DNA of 17,770 bases from Candidatus Sulfobium sp. (GCA_037380845.1 JARRRI010000067.1:1-17770), one strand, 5' to 3'. Positions 1 through 8,699 are shown, counted from the stretch's first letter. Numbers and translations: made by a program. Notes: generated from the letters alone by a model not told the origin.

Positions 1-208
1 CATTTGAGTTCACATCGCGTCCTCCCGGTTGCGCACAAGCGGTAAGCTGACTACTGAAGATAGATTGCGGAATATGGCTGAAGCCCCTCCGGATGGGTCC
101 TCCGAGCAAGACTCCTTCCTGTACTCAACGGCAGTTTCAAATCCTGATAGCTACAGATTTCATGTCCTACTCCCAAACATGCAAGATTTTTAAATTTTTT
201 CAAAACCC

Positions 209-252
209 CCTACTTCTGTAGGATTGACGGGAACTTATGGAAGATGTATCCT
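209..252 (+). promoter_or_regulatory. sigma70-type promoter with an adjacent palindromic site
   Basis: TTGACG (224-229), 17-nt spacer, TATCCT (247-252). Inverted repeat CCTAC-ttct-GTAGG (209-222) lies directly upstream of the -35. If real, the ORF start at 237 is too early. Confidence 0.45.
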
Positions 253-335
253 CGAAATTAAGAACAAGGATGACCACAATTATGAAGGGAGGAGCGAGAA
301 CTAATCCGAAAACAGAATTATTTGGAGATCTGCAC

Positions 336-788
336 ATGAAAACGGCTACTTTAGGAAAGTCTCAGGAAACAAACAGGACCCAAACGGAGCCTATGAGGAT
401 CGTTGTGCGATATTCTGATGGCCAGATCTTAAAAGGTTACACTCAGAACTTTTTCCCTAATAAGCCTGGTTTTCTTGTTACTCCTATTTCTGATAAACAA
501 GCGCACGAACCCCTGGAAGTCCGTATAGAAGATCTCAAAGGTTTGTTCTTTGTCCGTGATTTCGAAGGTCATCCCTCTTATGAAGAGCGCAAACAATTTT
601 TGGAAGACGATCGACCTATTGGTCGAAAAGTGGAAGTGACTTTCAAAGACGGTGAAGTGATAGTCGGCACAACAATGGGCTACGACCCTCTGCGAGCCGG
701 CTTTTTCCTCTACCCAGCTGATTCCGGAAGCAATAATCTGAGGGTTTTTGCTGTGAATGCCGCCGTCAGACAGGTCCTTTTTCTGTAA
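336..788 (+). CDS. DUF6982-like conserved hypothetical protein (two similar beta modules)
   Basis: ORF 237..788 contains RIVVRYSDGQILKGYTQNFFP...LKGLFFVRDF...KVEVTFKDGEVIVGTTMGYDP...GFFLYPAD..SNNLRVF, with an internal pseudo-repeat VxxxDGxxxxGxT. Start moved to ATG 336 (GGAG 8 nt upstream); ATG 393 is also possible. Confidence 0.7.
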   Translation: MKTATLGKSQETNRTQTEPMRIVVRYSDGQILKGYTQNFFPNKPGFLVTPISDKQAHEPLEVRIEDLKGLFFVRDFEGHPSYEERKQFLEDDRPIGRKVEVTFKDGEVIVGTTMGYDPLRAGFFLYPADSGSNNLRVFAVNAAVRQVLFL

Positions 789-861
789 ATGTCGCTTAGA
801 CGTATTAAGAGAGTATCTCGAAGGGGTGGGAATGCAAAAGGTATCAAAGGGATGACTGTCA

Positions 862-1092
862 ATGGCTACTGTGACAGCGCCGGAAAAGAGAGGACACAAA
901 AGATTCAAAAGAAGCTGCGAAGTTGAATTTCAGGTAAACAATAAAATTTATCGAGGAATCACCGACAACTTCTCTATTGATGGGCTCCTTGTTGTGACCG
1001 ACAACCCTCCGGCCCTGGACTCTGTAGTTTCCATAACGCTGCACCTGCCCAACAGTGCACCTTTCGGTTCGCCTTCGGGGATTATGATATAG
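862..1092 (+). pseudogene. PilZ-domain protein, C-terminally truncated
   Basis: KRGHKRF (RxxxR) and DNFSIDG (D/NxSxxG) c-di-GMP-binding motifs. PilZ-like sequence stops after ITLHLPN (~1053); the final beta strands are missing (76 aa). Confidence 0.7.
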
Positions 1093-1262
1093 CGCTTGTT
1101 TTTGAAATGCCAGATAGTGTAAATGCCGCTGCTTTTTCTATGGCGGCCTCCTCAGGAGGCGGTGTAAAAGCCGTTAAGACTACGCAACTGCTGACGACTG
1201 AGGAGGCGGTCGCAGCTATGAAGAAGGCGGCAAAGTCAGGCTACAAGCCTCCTAAAATATAG
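1068..1262 (+). pseudogene. GYD-domain protein, 5'-truncated remnant
   Basis: Not in the ORF track. Reads FAFGDYDIALVFEMPDSVNAAAFSMAASSGGGVKAVKTTQLLTTEEAVAAMKKAAKSGYKPPKI*, with the G[DE]YD signature and a typical GYxPP end; no in-frame N-terminal half. Confidence 0.75.
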
Positions 1263-1401
1263 TCAGCTCTCTTTGCTGGCAGTAAATGAAGTGAGGAATT
1301 ATAGAAAAGGCACCGAGTGGGGGACGCTTCACGCAACATGGACGCCGAAGGCAGCAAAGAAGAAAAAAAGTAGGTACTGAGAAGTAGTTCGGCCACGATT
1401 C

Positions 1402-1444
1402 AGGGATGCAGCTATTTTGAACTTTGCTGCATCCCTTCTTTATT
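1402..1444 (+). terminator. Intrinsic terminator-like hairpin between convergent units
   Basis: AGGGATGCAGC (1402-1412) pairs perfectly with GCTGCATCCCT (1426-1436) around a 13-nt loop, followed by T-rich TCTTTATT. Confidence 0.65.
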
Positions 1445-1478
1445 AAATAACTTCCGACGAGATTTTATGCCAGTCGCA

Positions 1479-2324
1479 TTATCGAGTCTGGGTGGCTTCT
1501 TTTGCCAAAAGACGCAGGTCTAGCGGTTCGCCTTTGCGCTCATCTCTTACCAGACTCCTTGCCCCATTCGGGCACGGCTCTATGCAAGCGCCACACCCCA
1601 TGCATTTCCGCCAGTCCAAAGCTGCGCCCTCTTCCCCCAAAGAGACGGCATCAAACGGACATGCATTGACGCAAGTACCGCAGGCAGAGCAAAGATCTTT
1701 ATCCTCTTTAGCTATGTAGCCAGATGACGCAAGCATCGGGATACCATATTTTGTCATTGCCTCTATTCCTCCGCAGCAGCATTTACAGCAGTTACAGATG
1801 ACATAGAAGCGGTCAAGCATTGCATCTTTGAACCAGGCGCTATGCACATGCCCACGTTTGTGTTCAGCCTCCAGCAGTTCCAGCGCTTCGGACTGGCTTA
1901 GTCTGCGACTGCTTTTGGGGTTGTGTTCCAGGATGAAATCTACAAAGGGTTTGCCAATGACCATACATACCTGTGTCGGTTGGCATGAATTACTACGGGT
2001 ATGGCGGCAACCGCATTCATAAGCTACCACGTCAGGCGGTCCATTGAGCACGATATCGCGGGCCATGGGATAGGGAATGATATGCTCAAGATCTTGAAGA
2101 GGTATATTTCGGTTAAGGGTAATTATCGATTTGGCCTGTTCCTCGGTCAGAACCTTACCGTGATACCGGTCCGACAACCACTTTTTCCCTGCTGGCTTCA
2201 GACGGGGGATAATGTTGAGAAGCAAAACTCTTATATATTGATTCGTCCAGCGCCCATAAATATATCCGTGTGGCCCTTGAAGGTTAAGTATTCTCTGCAA
2301 TCCGCCCTCTGTCATCAACCTCAA
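1479..2324 (-). CDS. Cys-rich 4Fe-4S dicluster (ferredoxin-domain) protein; 5' end possibly disrupted
   Basis: Two CxxCxxCxxxCP motifs (CSACGTCVNACP, CMGCGACIEPCP) plus CGCR, CQPTQVCM and ICNCCKCCCG. The best SD+ATG (2364) is out of frame with this ORF. Confidence 0.85.
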   Translation of the reverse strand: MRLMTEGGLQRILNLQGPHGYIYGRWTNQYIRVLLLNIIPRLKPAGKKWLSDRYHGKVLTEEQAKSIITLNRNIPLQDLEHIIPYPMARDIVLNGPPDVVAYECGCRHTRSNSCQPTQVCMVIGKPFVDFILEHNPKSSRRLSQSEALELLEAEHKRGHVHSAWFKDAMLDRFYVICNCCKCCCGGIEAMTKYGIPMLASSGYIAKEDKDLCSACGTCVNACPFDAVSLGEEGAALDWRKCMGCGACIEPCPNGARSLVRDERKGEPLDLRLLAKEATQTR

Positions 2325-3075
2325 AGTTGAGTACAGTTACGATGAGCAGGATATCCCCTAACATTGTGTCCCTCCTTACTGCGTCAATCAGTTATTAATG
2401 TAAGTTGCCATACCGCCCTAAACAGGTGTCTTGTCAACGGGTCGCTCGATTTTATATGCAGAGGAAACGCCGAACGTAACCGATACTGGGAGGAACGGCA
2501 AATACCTTGCTTCATGCTACACCCCTCTACTGATACGCTATCAAGGAATTTCTTAGCTGTCAAACAGTCAAGCAGTATAACGCTTTCCTAAGGATGCCGA
2601 TTTTGCCACCCGAGGCTACGCGGAGTTCTACACGTACTCGATAACAGTTTCGTTTTCTAATACCTGAGGAGTCTTTTTGTGCTTGACAGGTGCCCGCTAA
2701 ATGGGAGTCGGTGGAATCCGGGCCAGGGGCGATCTATTTTGTCGATCCCGGCGGCCACAGAGTTCGGGACAAAAGTCTTCCTCGCGCCCTTAATGCCTTC
2801 AGCCCGTTGATTACCAGAAGCAACTGTCGGAGATCTCAACGACGGGGAAGGCCAAGACCGACTGAAGCAAAGTATTCATTGTGTACCTGGCGCCGCGCAT
2901 GTTACAGGACAAAGTCTCGGTGAGTTGCATCGGTCGATAACTGCGGACTCTCAGTCATACTCATTCTATTTATATCCCGTGGCGTACGGAACAGCCTTAA
3001 TTTTGCAAAACGCTTCACCGATATCCTATCGACGTGTTATATTTCTTTAAAGGAACAAAGATGGAGAAGAATAAA

Positions 3076-3672
3076 ATGAACAAAAAATATGCGAGAGTTT
3101 TTCAGTTCAAGATTTCTTTGAAGGGAATCAAGCCTCCCATCTGGCGGCGCATACAGGTGCCTGAGACGTACACATTCTGGGACTTGCACGTTGCCGTTCA
3201 GGACGCGATGGGCTGGGCGGATACCCATCTTCACTATTTTGAGGTTGTTAATCCTTCGACGGGAGAGAGAGCAATTAGGTATTCCCGATGAGGACTTCGA
3301 CGATGTCGTCCGCCCCGGGTGGAAACGGAAGATAGCCTCTTACTTCAAGAAGAAGAGCGATAAGGCCAGATACATTTACGATTACGGCGACGACTGGGAG
3401 CACGTAATAACACTGGAAGAGATTCTCCCCCGTGATGAAGCCAACGAATATCCCCTCTGTTCAGGGGGGGCAAGAGCATGTCCGCCGGAAGATTGCGGTG
3501 GGGTTTGGGGTTATGCCGATTTCCTTGAAGCGATAATGGACCCCGCCCATGAAAGCCTTGAAGAAATGCTGGACCGGCCGGAGGGGAGTTCGATCCGGAG
3601 GATTTTGACCCGAAGGATGTCCACTTCGACGACCCCGAAGAGAGACTGAAGAGTTCGCTGGTCATAGATTAA
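3076..3672 (+). pseudogene. plasmid pRiA4b ORF-3 family protein with two frameshifts
   Basis: Frame A: FKISLKGIKPPIWRRIQVP..TFWDLHVAVQDAMGW..THLHYF. Shift in the GA tract at ~3263-3271 to YIYDYGDDWEHVITLE...CSGGARACPPEDCGGVWGY. Second shift at ~3575-3579 to GGEFDPEDFDPKDVHFDDPEERLKSSLVID* (TAA 3670-3672). Confidence 0.88.
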
Positions 3673-3725
3673 CCTTGCAACCCGAAAGTCCTTTCCGCCG
3701 GAACCGATATCCTGTGACCATCACC

Positions 3726-3753
3726 TTGCATTCATCACTTATCAGGCTAAAAT
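3726..3753 (+). promoter_or_regulatory. possible sigma70 promoter for the MFS gene
   Basis: TTGCAT (3726-3731), 16 nt, TAAAAT (3748-3753). Confidence 0.3.
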
Positions 3754-3942
3754 TATGTTAGGCGCGCAAACCAGATTGCCGGAGCGGCAGGCGTGACTGC
3801 TTAAAAAGAATGGACTCCCGATTACTACCTCGGGAATAATGCATAAAAGGAAGCTTTTTACGAAGAAATTAACTTTAATTGTGTCTCCGAGCCTCTGCGG
3901 CGAAAATGCTTTTGGTCCGGTTTTGCCGGTTTAAGGTATCAG

Positions 3943-5265
3943 ATGTCTTCTGTAGACGATAGAGTCAAAAAAAGCCTGAGATATTCCATCTGGGACGGCG
4001 CGTTTGCGGGCGCCATGCAGGGGTTTACCCAGGAATACTTTGCCCCTTTTCTGCTGCTGATCAACGCGACTGCCAGTCAGATTGGCGCTCTGACGGCCGT
4101 GCCCAACCTTGTGGCAGCCATTCTCCAGATCAGGAGCACGGAAGTCAGCGAGTTCCTGGGGTCCAGAAAAAGGGTACTCAACATCTTCGTTTTATTGCAG
4201 GCACTGATGCTCATTCCCATGATGGCCGTCGCTTTCTTCCACGGCAGTGCCGGCAGCGTCTCCGCCTTTATAGTGTTCGTGACCCTCTTCACCGCCTTCG
4301 GGGCCTTTGCAACCCCTGCCTGGGGAAGCATGATGTCAGACCTCGTCCCCGAAGAAAACCGGGGAGATTTTTTCGGCCGGAGGAACGCGCTGGCAGGCAT
4401 AGTGACGATCGCCGCCATGTTCGCCGCTGGATTGATTGTCCACTATACGGAGCCCTTCTCGGCGTATTTCGGCTTCGCCCTGGTATTCGTGGCGGCTTTT
4501 CTCTTCCGGATGCTTTCCTGGTCGTACCTGAAGAAGATGTACGAGCCCCACATGCCGCCGGAATCAGGAAGGGGGCTTGCATTCGTGAAGTTCATCTCCA
4601 GGATAAGGGAGGACAACTTCTCCAGGTTTGTAGTTTCCGTCTCGCTGATGAACTTTTCCGTAAACCTCGCCGGACCATTCTTTGCAGTCCTGATGCTCAG
4701 GGACCTCAAGTTCAGCTATCTAATCTATACGGTCATCATGGTCGCCGCCAGCCTGTCGGTCTTCCTCACCACCTGGCGATGGGGGCGCCATGCCGACCAC
4801 GTGGGCAACATAAAGGTGGTAAAGGCCACCTCACTTCTGATATGCACCATTCCGATCCTGTGGATGATCAGCCTCGATCCTGTCTTTCTGGTCTTCGCGC
4901 AGATCTATTCCGGCTTCCTCTGGGCGGGGTTCAACCTCTCGGCGGCCAATTTCATATATGATGCCGTGCCCTCACGGAGCCGGACAAGGGGCATAGCATA
5001 TTTCAACGTGATTAACGGAATATCCCTTTTCGCGGGTGCAATAACCGGAGGGTATCTTGTCCAAATCCTGCCTCCGCTTCTTGGCTACAGGATCCTGAGC
5101 CTGCTTCTGATATCCACCGTACTCAGGCTTGCGGTCAGGTTCTTCCTGATAACCGGTCTGAAGGAAGTGCGTCCCGTAGGGAGGGTCGGAAACAGAGAGC
5201 TGTTCTTCAGCATTATTGGGGTCAAACCGCTTTTAGGGATTGAAAGGAAAACCCTGAGATACTGA
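3943..5265 (+). CDS. MFS transporter
   Basis: 440 aa with ~12 hydrophobic segments. MFS-like loop motifs WGSMMSDLVPEENRGDFFGRR and WGRHADHVGNIKVV; IYDAVPSRSRTRGIAYF. Confidence 0.9.
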   Translation: MSSVDDRVKKSLRYSIWDGAFAGAMQGFTQEYFAPFLLLINATASQIGALTAVPNLVAAILQIRSTEVSEFLGSRKRVLNIFVLLQALMLIPMMAVAFFHGSAGSVSAFIVFVTLFTAFGAFATPAWGSMMSDLVPEENRGDFFGRRNALAGIVTIAAMFAAGLIVHYTEPFSAYFGFALVFVAAFLFRMLSWSYLKKMYEPHMPPESGRGLAFVKFISRIREDNFSRFVVSVSLMNFSVNLAGPFFAVLMLRDLKFSYLIYTVIMVAASLSVFLTTWRWGRHADHVGNIKVVKATSLLICTIPILWMISLDPVFLVFAQIYSGFLWAGFNLSAANFIYDAVPSRSRTRGIAYFNVINGISLFAGAITGGYLVQILPPLLGYRILSLLLISTVLRLAVRFFLITGLKEVRPVGRVGNRELFFSIIGVKPLLGIERKTLRY

Positions 5266-5457
5266 CGAACTGCCGCTTTAAGACTCATGCCTTTTCGGAA
5301 CCTGTCTCAAAATTGCAATTTGTAAGATTTTAGCTGTCTCTGTCATTCCGGTTTTGGCTCAAAACGACAATTCCGCTGGATCATTAGTCTCAGATCCACC
5401 GACGAACATCATACCAGCGCCGTTTCCGCGATATAAGAGATACCGTTAGAAATGCTG

Positions 5458-5486
5458 TTGACAGTATGCACTTTCAATGCTACGTT
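5458..5486 (+). promoter_or_regulatory. sigma70-type promoter
   Basis: TTGACA (5458-5463), 17 nt ending in TGc (extended -10), TACGTT (5481-5486), upstream of the exported-protein gene. Confidence 0.55.
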
Positions 5487-5565
5487 TCAGCCAGAGGGAA
5501 TATTCTTCCGGCAGGAAATTTAACCCAAGGAGGATGCAATGACGACGTTTTCGAAGGAGGTCAGG

Positions 5566-6375
5566 ATGAAAAAGGCAGAAGCGATTGTTGTGGTAGCAGT
5601 CCTGTTGTTCGCGCTTGCGGCGGGCGCAGAAGATATGCGGCCTCCCAAGGCGATGAATAAAATCGAGCCGTTGCCGCGAGATCTGGAAATTCAGCTGGCG
5701 CTCAGCGCACTGCCTCCACATCTCAGAGATAATGCGACCGTTTATGTGTTAAACCCTGACAAGGGTTTTGAAGTTGCCCGCAAAGGCACAAATGGGTTCC
5801 ACGCCTTTGTCGCTCGAACCGGCGATGATACCTTCAGGGGGTCCTGGCCCTTAACCGCGTATAGAGATGATATTCTCTACCCGATTTCCTTTGATAGTGC
5901 GGGCGCCAGGGCACAGATGCGGGTCTTCTTCGATGCTGCAGAAATGCAGGCCAAGGGCACTCCTCCCGGCGAACTCAAGAAGATCATCAAAGAACGCATC
6001 AGAACCGGATACTATAAGGCGCCGGAACGAGCCGGTGTTTCATACATGCTGTCTCCGATACTGAGGACGTACGAAAACCCGGATAAAAACAACAGGGTAT
6101 ACACCGCAAACGTGCCCCACGTCATGTACTACGCTCCCAATGCGTCCAATGAAGACATAGGCGGGACTCCCCCCAGTATACATATTGTCGGTTATCGCAT
6201 GATTCTTCATGGCCGCTATCCTTTTGTTATAATGCCCGGCCCCCTTGGATACTTCGTCCAGTTTATCGGAATAACAGAAAGAGCGGCCATTGCCAAGGAA
6301 TACGAAGAGATGATTGGAAGACTCTGCAAAATCAAAGAGGTGTGGTGTCTGTCAAGGGAGAAAGATCGATATTGA
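5566..6375 (+). CDS. Exported hypothetical protein (Sec signal peptide)
   Basis: AAGGAGG SD before ATG 5566. MKKAEAIVVVAVLLFALAAGA is signal-peptide-like. Conserved-looking blocks IQLALSALPPHLR, GTNGF, AGVSYMLSP, PHVMYYAP. An in-frame ATG at 5539 also has an AAGGAGG SD. Confidence 0.8.
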   Translation: MKKAEAIVVVAVLLFALAAGAEDMRPPKAMNKIEPLPRDLEIQLALSALPPHLRDNATVYVLNPDKGFEVARKGTNGFHAFVARTGDDTFRGSWPLTAYRDDILYPISFDSAGARAQMRVFFDAAEMQAKGTPPGELKKIIKERIRTGYYKAPERAGVSYMLSPILRTYENPDKNNRVYTANVPHVMYYAPNASNEDIGGTPPSIHIVGYRMILHGRYPFVIMPGPLGYFVQFIGITERAAIAKEYEEMIGRLCKIKEVWCLSREKDRY

Positions 6376-6498
6376 GCAAGAGAAAGGAGGGATGAAGTGG
6401 TGCTGAATGTTCCGTTGCCTTTCGCGCAGTCCTTGAAGTTTGACTTTTTAATGAATATCTTTTGATTGAACGACTTCAAATAAAAGAAGGTGGAAATT

Positions 6499-6570
6499 AT
6501 GCCGGACATTCTTCACAGAGTTGGAATTAAAGCCACACCTAAGAAGAACTGTTCCCCGGGAGGAAAGTGA
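6499..6570 (+). pseudogene. SRPBCC/AHSA1-family N-terminal stub
   Basis: GAAGGTGG SD-like sequence, then MPDILHRVGIKATPKK, which resembles N-termini of AHSA1-like SRPBCC proteins (from recall); unrelated sequence and a stop follow after 23 codons. Confidence 0.6.
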
Positions 6571-6651
6571 AGAACTAAGACAAGATTGTGTTGCAGGCGA
6601 ATAGCTTCTTTTGGTGAAGCTCGCTGTTGCCCTCACGCAAAAAGGCTTGGA

Positions 6652-8025
6652 TCAAGACACGTGTTTCAGTCTCTTCTGCACGTACATCATTCTGTCCGCC
6701 CGAACCAACATTGCACCAACAGAACATGCCCGCTCTGCCGGACAGTGAACTATCCCGTAACTCAGTGATATCTCGTAATCGCGCCCTCTTTCTCTGTTGT
6801 GATCATCTATATTATTCTGCAATCGGCTCACAAGGGCCTCGGCGAATGCGGCGGTATCTTCCATCTGAAAAACAACAAATTCATCCCCGCCGATGCGTGC
6901 GAGAATGTCGGACTCTCGGAAACTTTCCCTCAGGACAGCCGCGACCTCAGTGAGCATTTGATCACCTTTTTGGTGACCTAGTGCATCATTGATCTCCTTG
7001 AGGTTGTCCAAATCGCCCGAGAGAAGGAAGACTCCTTTTCCGAGTCGTCTCGCTACTTTGAGTTGCTGCTCTGCCAAAGTGAAGAAGCCCCGCCTGTTGT
7101 AAAGCCCCGTGAGCTCATCGGTAACCGATAACATGCGGAGTTGATCTTCGATCTGTCTCTTCTCAGTGATGTCGCGAGTTATCCCGAGCAGAGCAATTAT
7201 TTCATGCTTCTCGTCCCTGAGAGGAACAGCGTGTGTCTCCAGCCAACGGTGCCCGCCCCTGAGACCAAATATCTCGAACTCCAACTTCCCCGCTTTTCCT
7301 TTGAATACGCCTTCCGTGAGCTGCTCAAAGGCCCGACGGTGCTCCGGGGCAACCAAAGGGTAGATGCACTTATCTCTCACCTCTTCGAAGGAATCAGCTT
7401 CGATTATAGCCAGTCCCGCCTTGTTCATCTTCAGTAAAGTTCCATCAGAACCAAGCAGCTTCACACATTCGGGCTCACTTTCTATTATGGTCTGCAGAAA
7501 AGTCTCACTTGCCCGAAGTGCGTTTTCTGCAATTTTCCGGTTCGTGATGTCTTCAACTAATCCATCGTAACGGACTATGCGTCCCGTGGCGTCATGGTGA
7601 GGCACCAGAGTATTACGAACCCAGATTACGACACCATCACGACGAATGATCCTATGCTCCAGGGGCGCTACCTCATTACCGCTTAAGAGGTCCCCCAGCG
7701 AAGCTTCGACCATTACTTTGTCATCCGGGAAGATCATGGAGTACCAGAGGTCCGGCTTTAAGTTATAGTCTTCCGGACTGTACCCTGTGACAGTATGGCA
7801 TCCCACACCGTGCCTTGTGTAAACAGCCTTCTCTTCGGAGACCTCGACAGAATAGGTGTAACTAGTGACCGCGTCGATCATCCTCCTATAGCGCTCTTCA
7901 CTTTCTCGAAGCGCGTCCTCTGCCTGTCGACGCAAAGTTTCCGATTCCTTCAATTTGCTGATTTGACGACGCAACTCTTTCAGTTCTATTCTGAGTTGCG
8001 ATTTTGTCTTCCTCGTGTCATTCAT
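6652..8025 (-). CDS. Diguanylate cyclase (coiled coil-PAS-PAS-GGDEF)
   Basis: TDELTGLYNRRGF, DLDNLKEINDALGHQKGD, RESDILARIGGDEF (intact GGDEF and RxxD I-site). Two PAS/PAC units end in EDITNRK and RDITEKR. Start set at ATG 8025 (GGGGG upstream); the track ORF extends to 8091. Confidence 0.93.
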   Translation of the reverse strand: MNDTRKTKSQLRIELKELRRQISKLKESETLRRQAEDALRESEERYRRMIDAVTSYTYSVEVSEEKAVYTRHGVGCHTVTGYSPEDYNLKPDLWYSMIFPDDKVMVEASLGDLLSGNEVAPLEHRIIRRDGVVIWVRNTLVPHHDATGRIVRYDGLVEDITNRKIAENALRASETFLQTIIESEPECVKLLGSDGTLLKMNKAGLAIIEADSFEEVRDKCIYPLVAPEHRRAFEQLTEGVFKGKAGKLEFEIFGLRGGHRWLETHAVPLRDEKHEIIALLGITRDITEKRQIEDQLRMLSVTDELTGLYNRRGFFTLAEQQLKVARRLGKGVFLLSGDLDNLKEINDALGHQKGDQMLTEVAAVLRESFRESDILARIGGDEFVVFQMEDTAAFAEALVSRLQNNIDDHNRERGRDYEISLSYGIVHCPAERACSVGAMLVRADRMMYVQKRLKHVS

Positions 8026-8280
8026 AACTTGGCCCCCTGAATCGCCTAACAACATTAATGTAAGCATAGACCGTGCCAATGACGGCCCCACGCCAGTGGC
8101 TGGTTAAGACATTGCGCATCTGCGTGAGATAGATCAACTATACTTCAATATCAATAGGTTTGCGGATAATTTTGGGAGAAAGCTCTTCGCTGGTTGAGAG
8201 TGTAAGAAAGCCCCTTGACAGGATTTGACAGCTCACGCCCAGATCAGCGGTCTGCTGCGATACTGCCCTTCTCCCAGTAA

Positions 8281-8403
8281 AATAGCGCCCTCAGTTCTCC
8301 AGGGAGAGGTCCCGGTTCTTCTTTTTCAGCAGTTTCCGGATCGTCACCAGGTGTCATGTTCCACGTCGACCGACAAGGGCTCGACCGGGTCTCCCACGAT
8401 CTT
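8281..8403 (-). pseudogene. Decayed second copy of the 3' part of the larC-like gene
   Basis: 8290-8403 aligns with 10016-10131 in the same orientation, with 7 substitutions and 2 single-base deletions by manual alignment. Confidence 0.9.
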
Positions 8404-8415
8404 TAGACAGACTTT

Positions 8416-8518
8416 GGAGACGTTGATGAATTAATTGACTTATTGGGAGAGGGGATGCATAATGGGGCATGCCACGGCATGAGGAAATGACAAAGTTCAC
8501 TAATTCATCGACGTCCCC
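8416..8518. repeat. Inverted doublet of a ~26-bp dispersed repeat (REPIN-like)
   Basis: GGAGACGTTGATGAATTAATTGACTT (8416-8441,+) and GGGGACGTCGATGAATTAGTGAACTT (8493-8518,-), with a 51-nt spacer containing CATGCC-ac-GGCATG. Confidence 0.75.
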
Positions 8519-8699
8519 TATCCTCACTATACGCGGGCGGGGCCCGCAAAAACGGCACCGACGAACGGGAGAGCGCAATGGCAATCGAAATAGGGAAGTC
8601 GGACAGGAGGGCTCGGCGGCGCGGATGGATGAATTTATTTCGACTGTGTTTAAGGCTTAGCTGATCAATTCAAACACACTAAATGTAAGGAGCCCTTAT

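Noticed and set aside
1261..1380. Possible further C-terminal gene fragment (...NYRKGTEWGTLHATWTPKAAKKKKSRY*) before the terminator
   Set aside because: Too short and no recognisable family; it cannot be distinguished from chance.
2380..3030. Short ORFs in the ~650-nt intergenic region
   Set aside because: No SD-start pairs, motifs or structure that I could support.
3666..3763. Integron attC site (GTTAGGC at 3757-3763)
   Set aside because: No matching RYYYAAC inverse core or complementary arms, and no intI in the window.
862..8025. A c-di-GMP module linking the PilZ gene and the diguanylate cyclase
   Set aside because: They are 5.5 kb apart on opposite strands, the PilZ gene is truncated, and both families are common.
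8215..8231. TTGACAG repeated with a 10-nt period
   Set aside because: No suitable -10 element or adjacent gene; could be chance.
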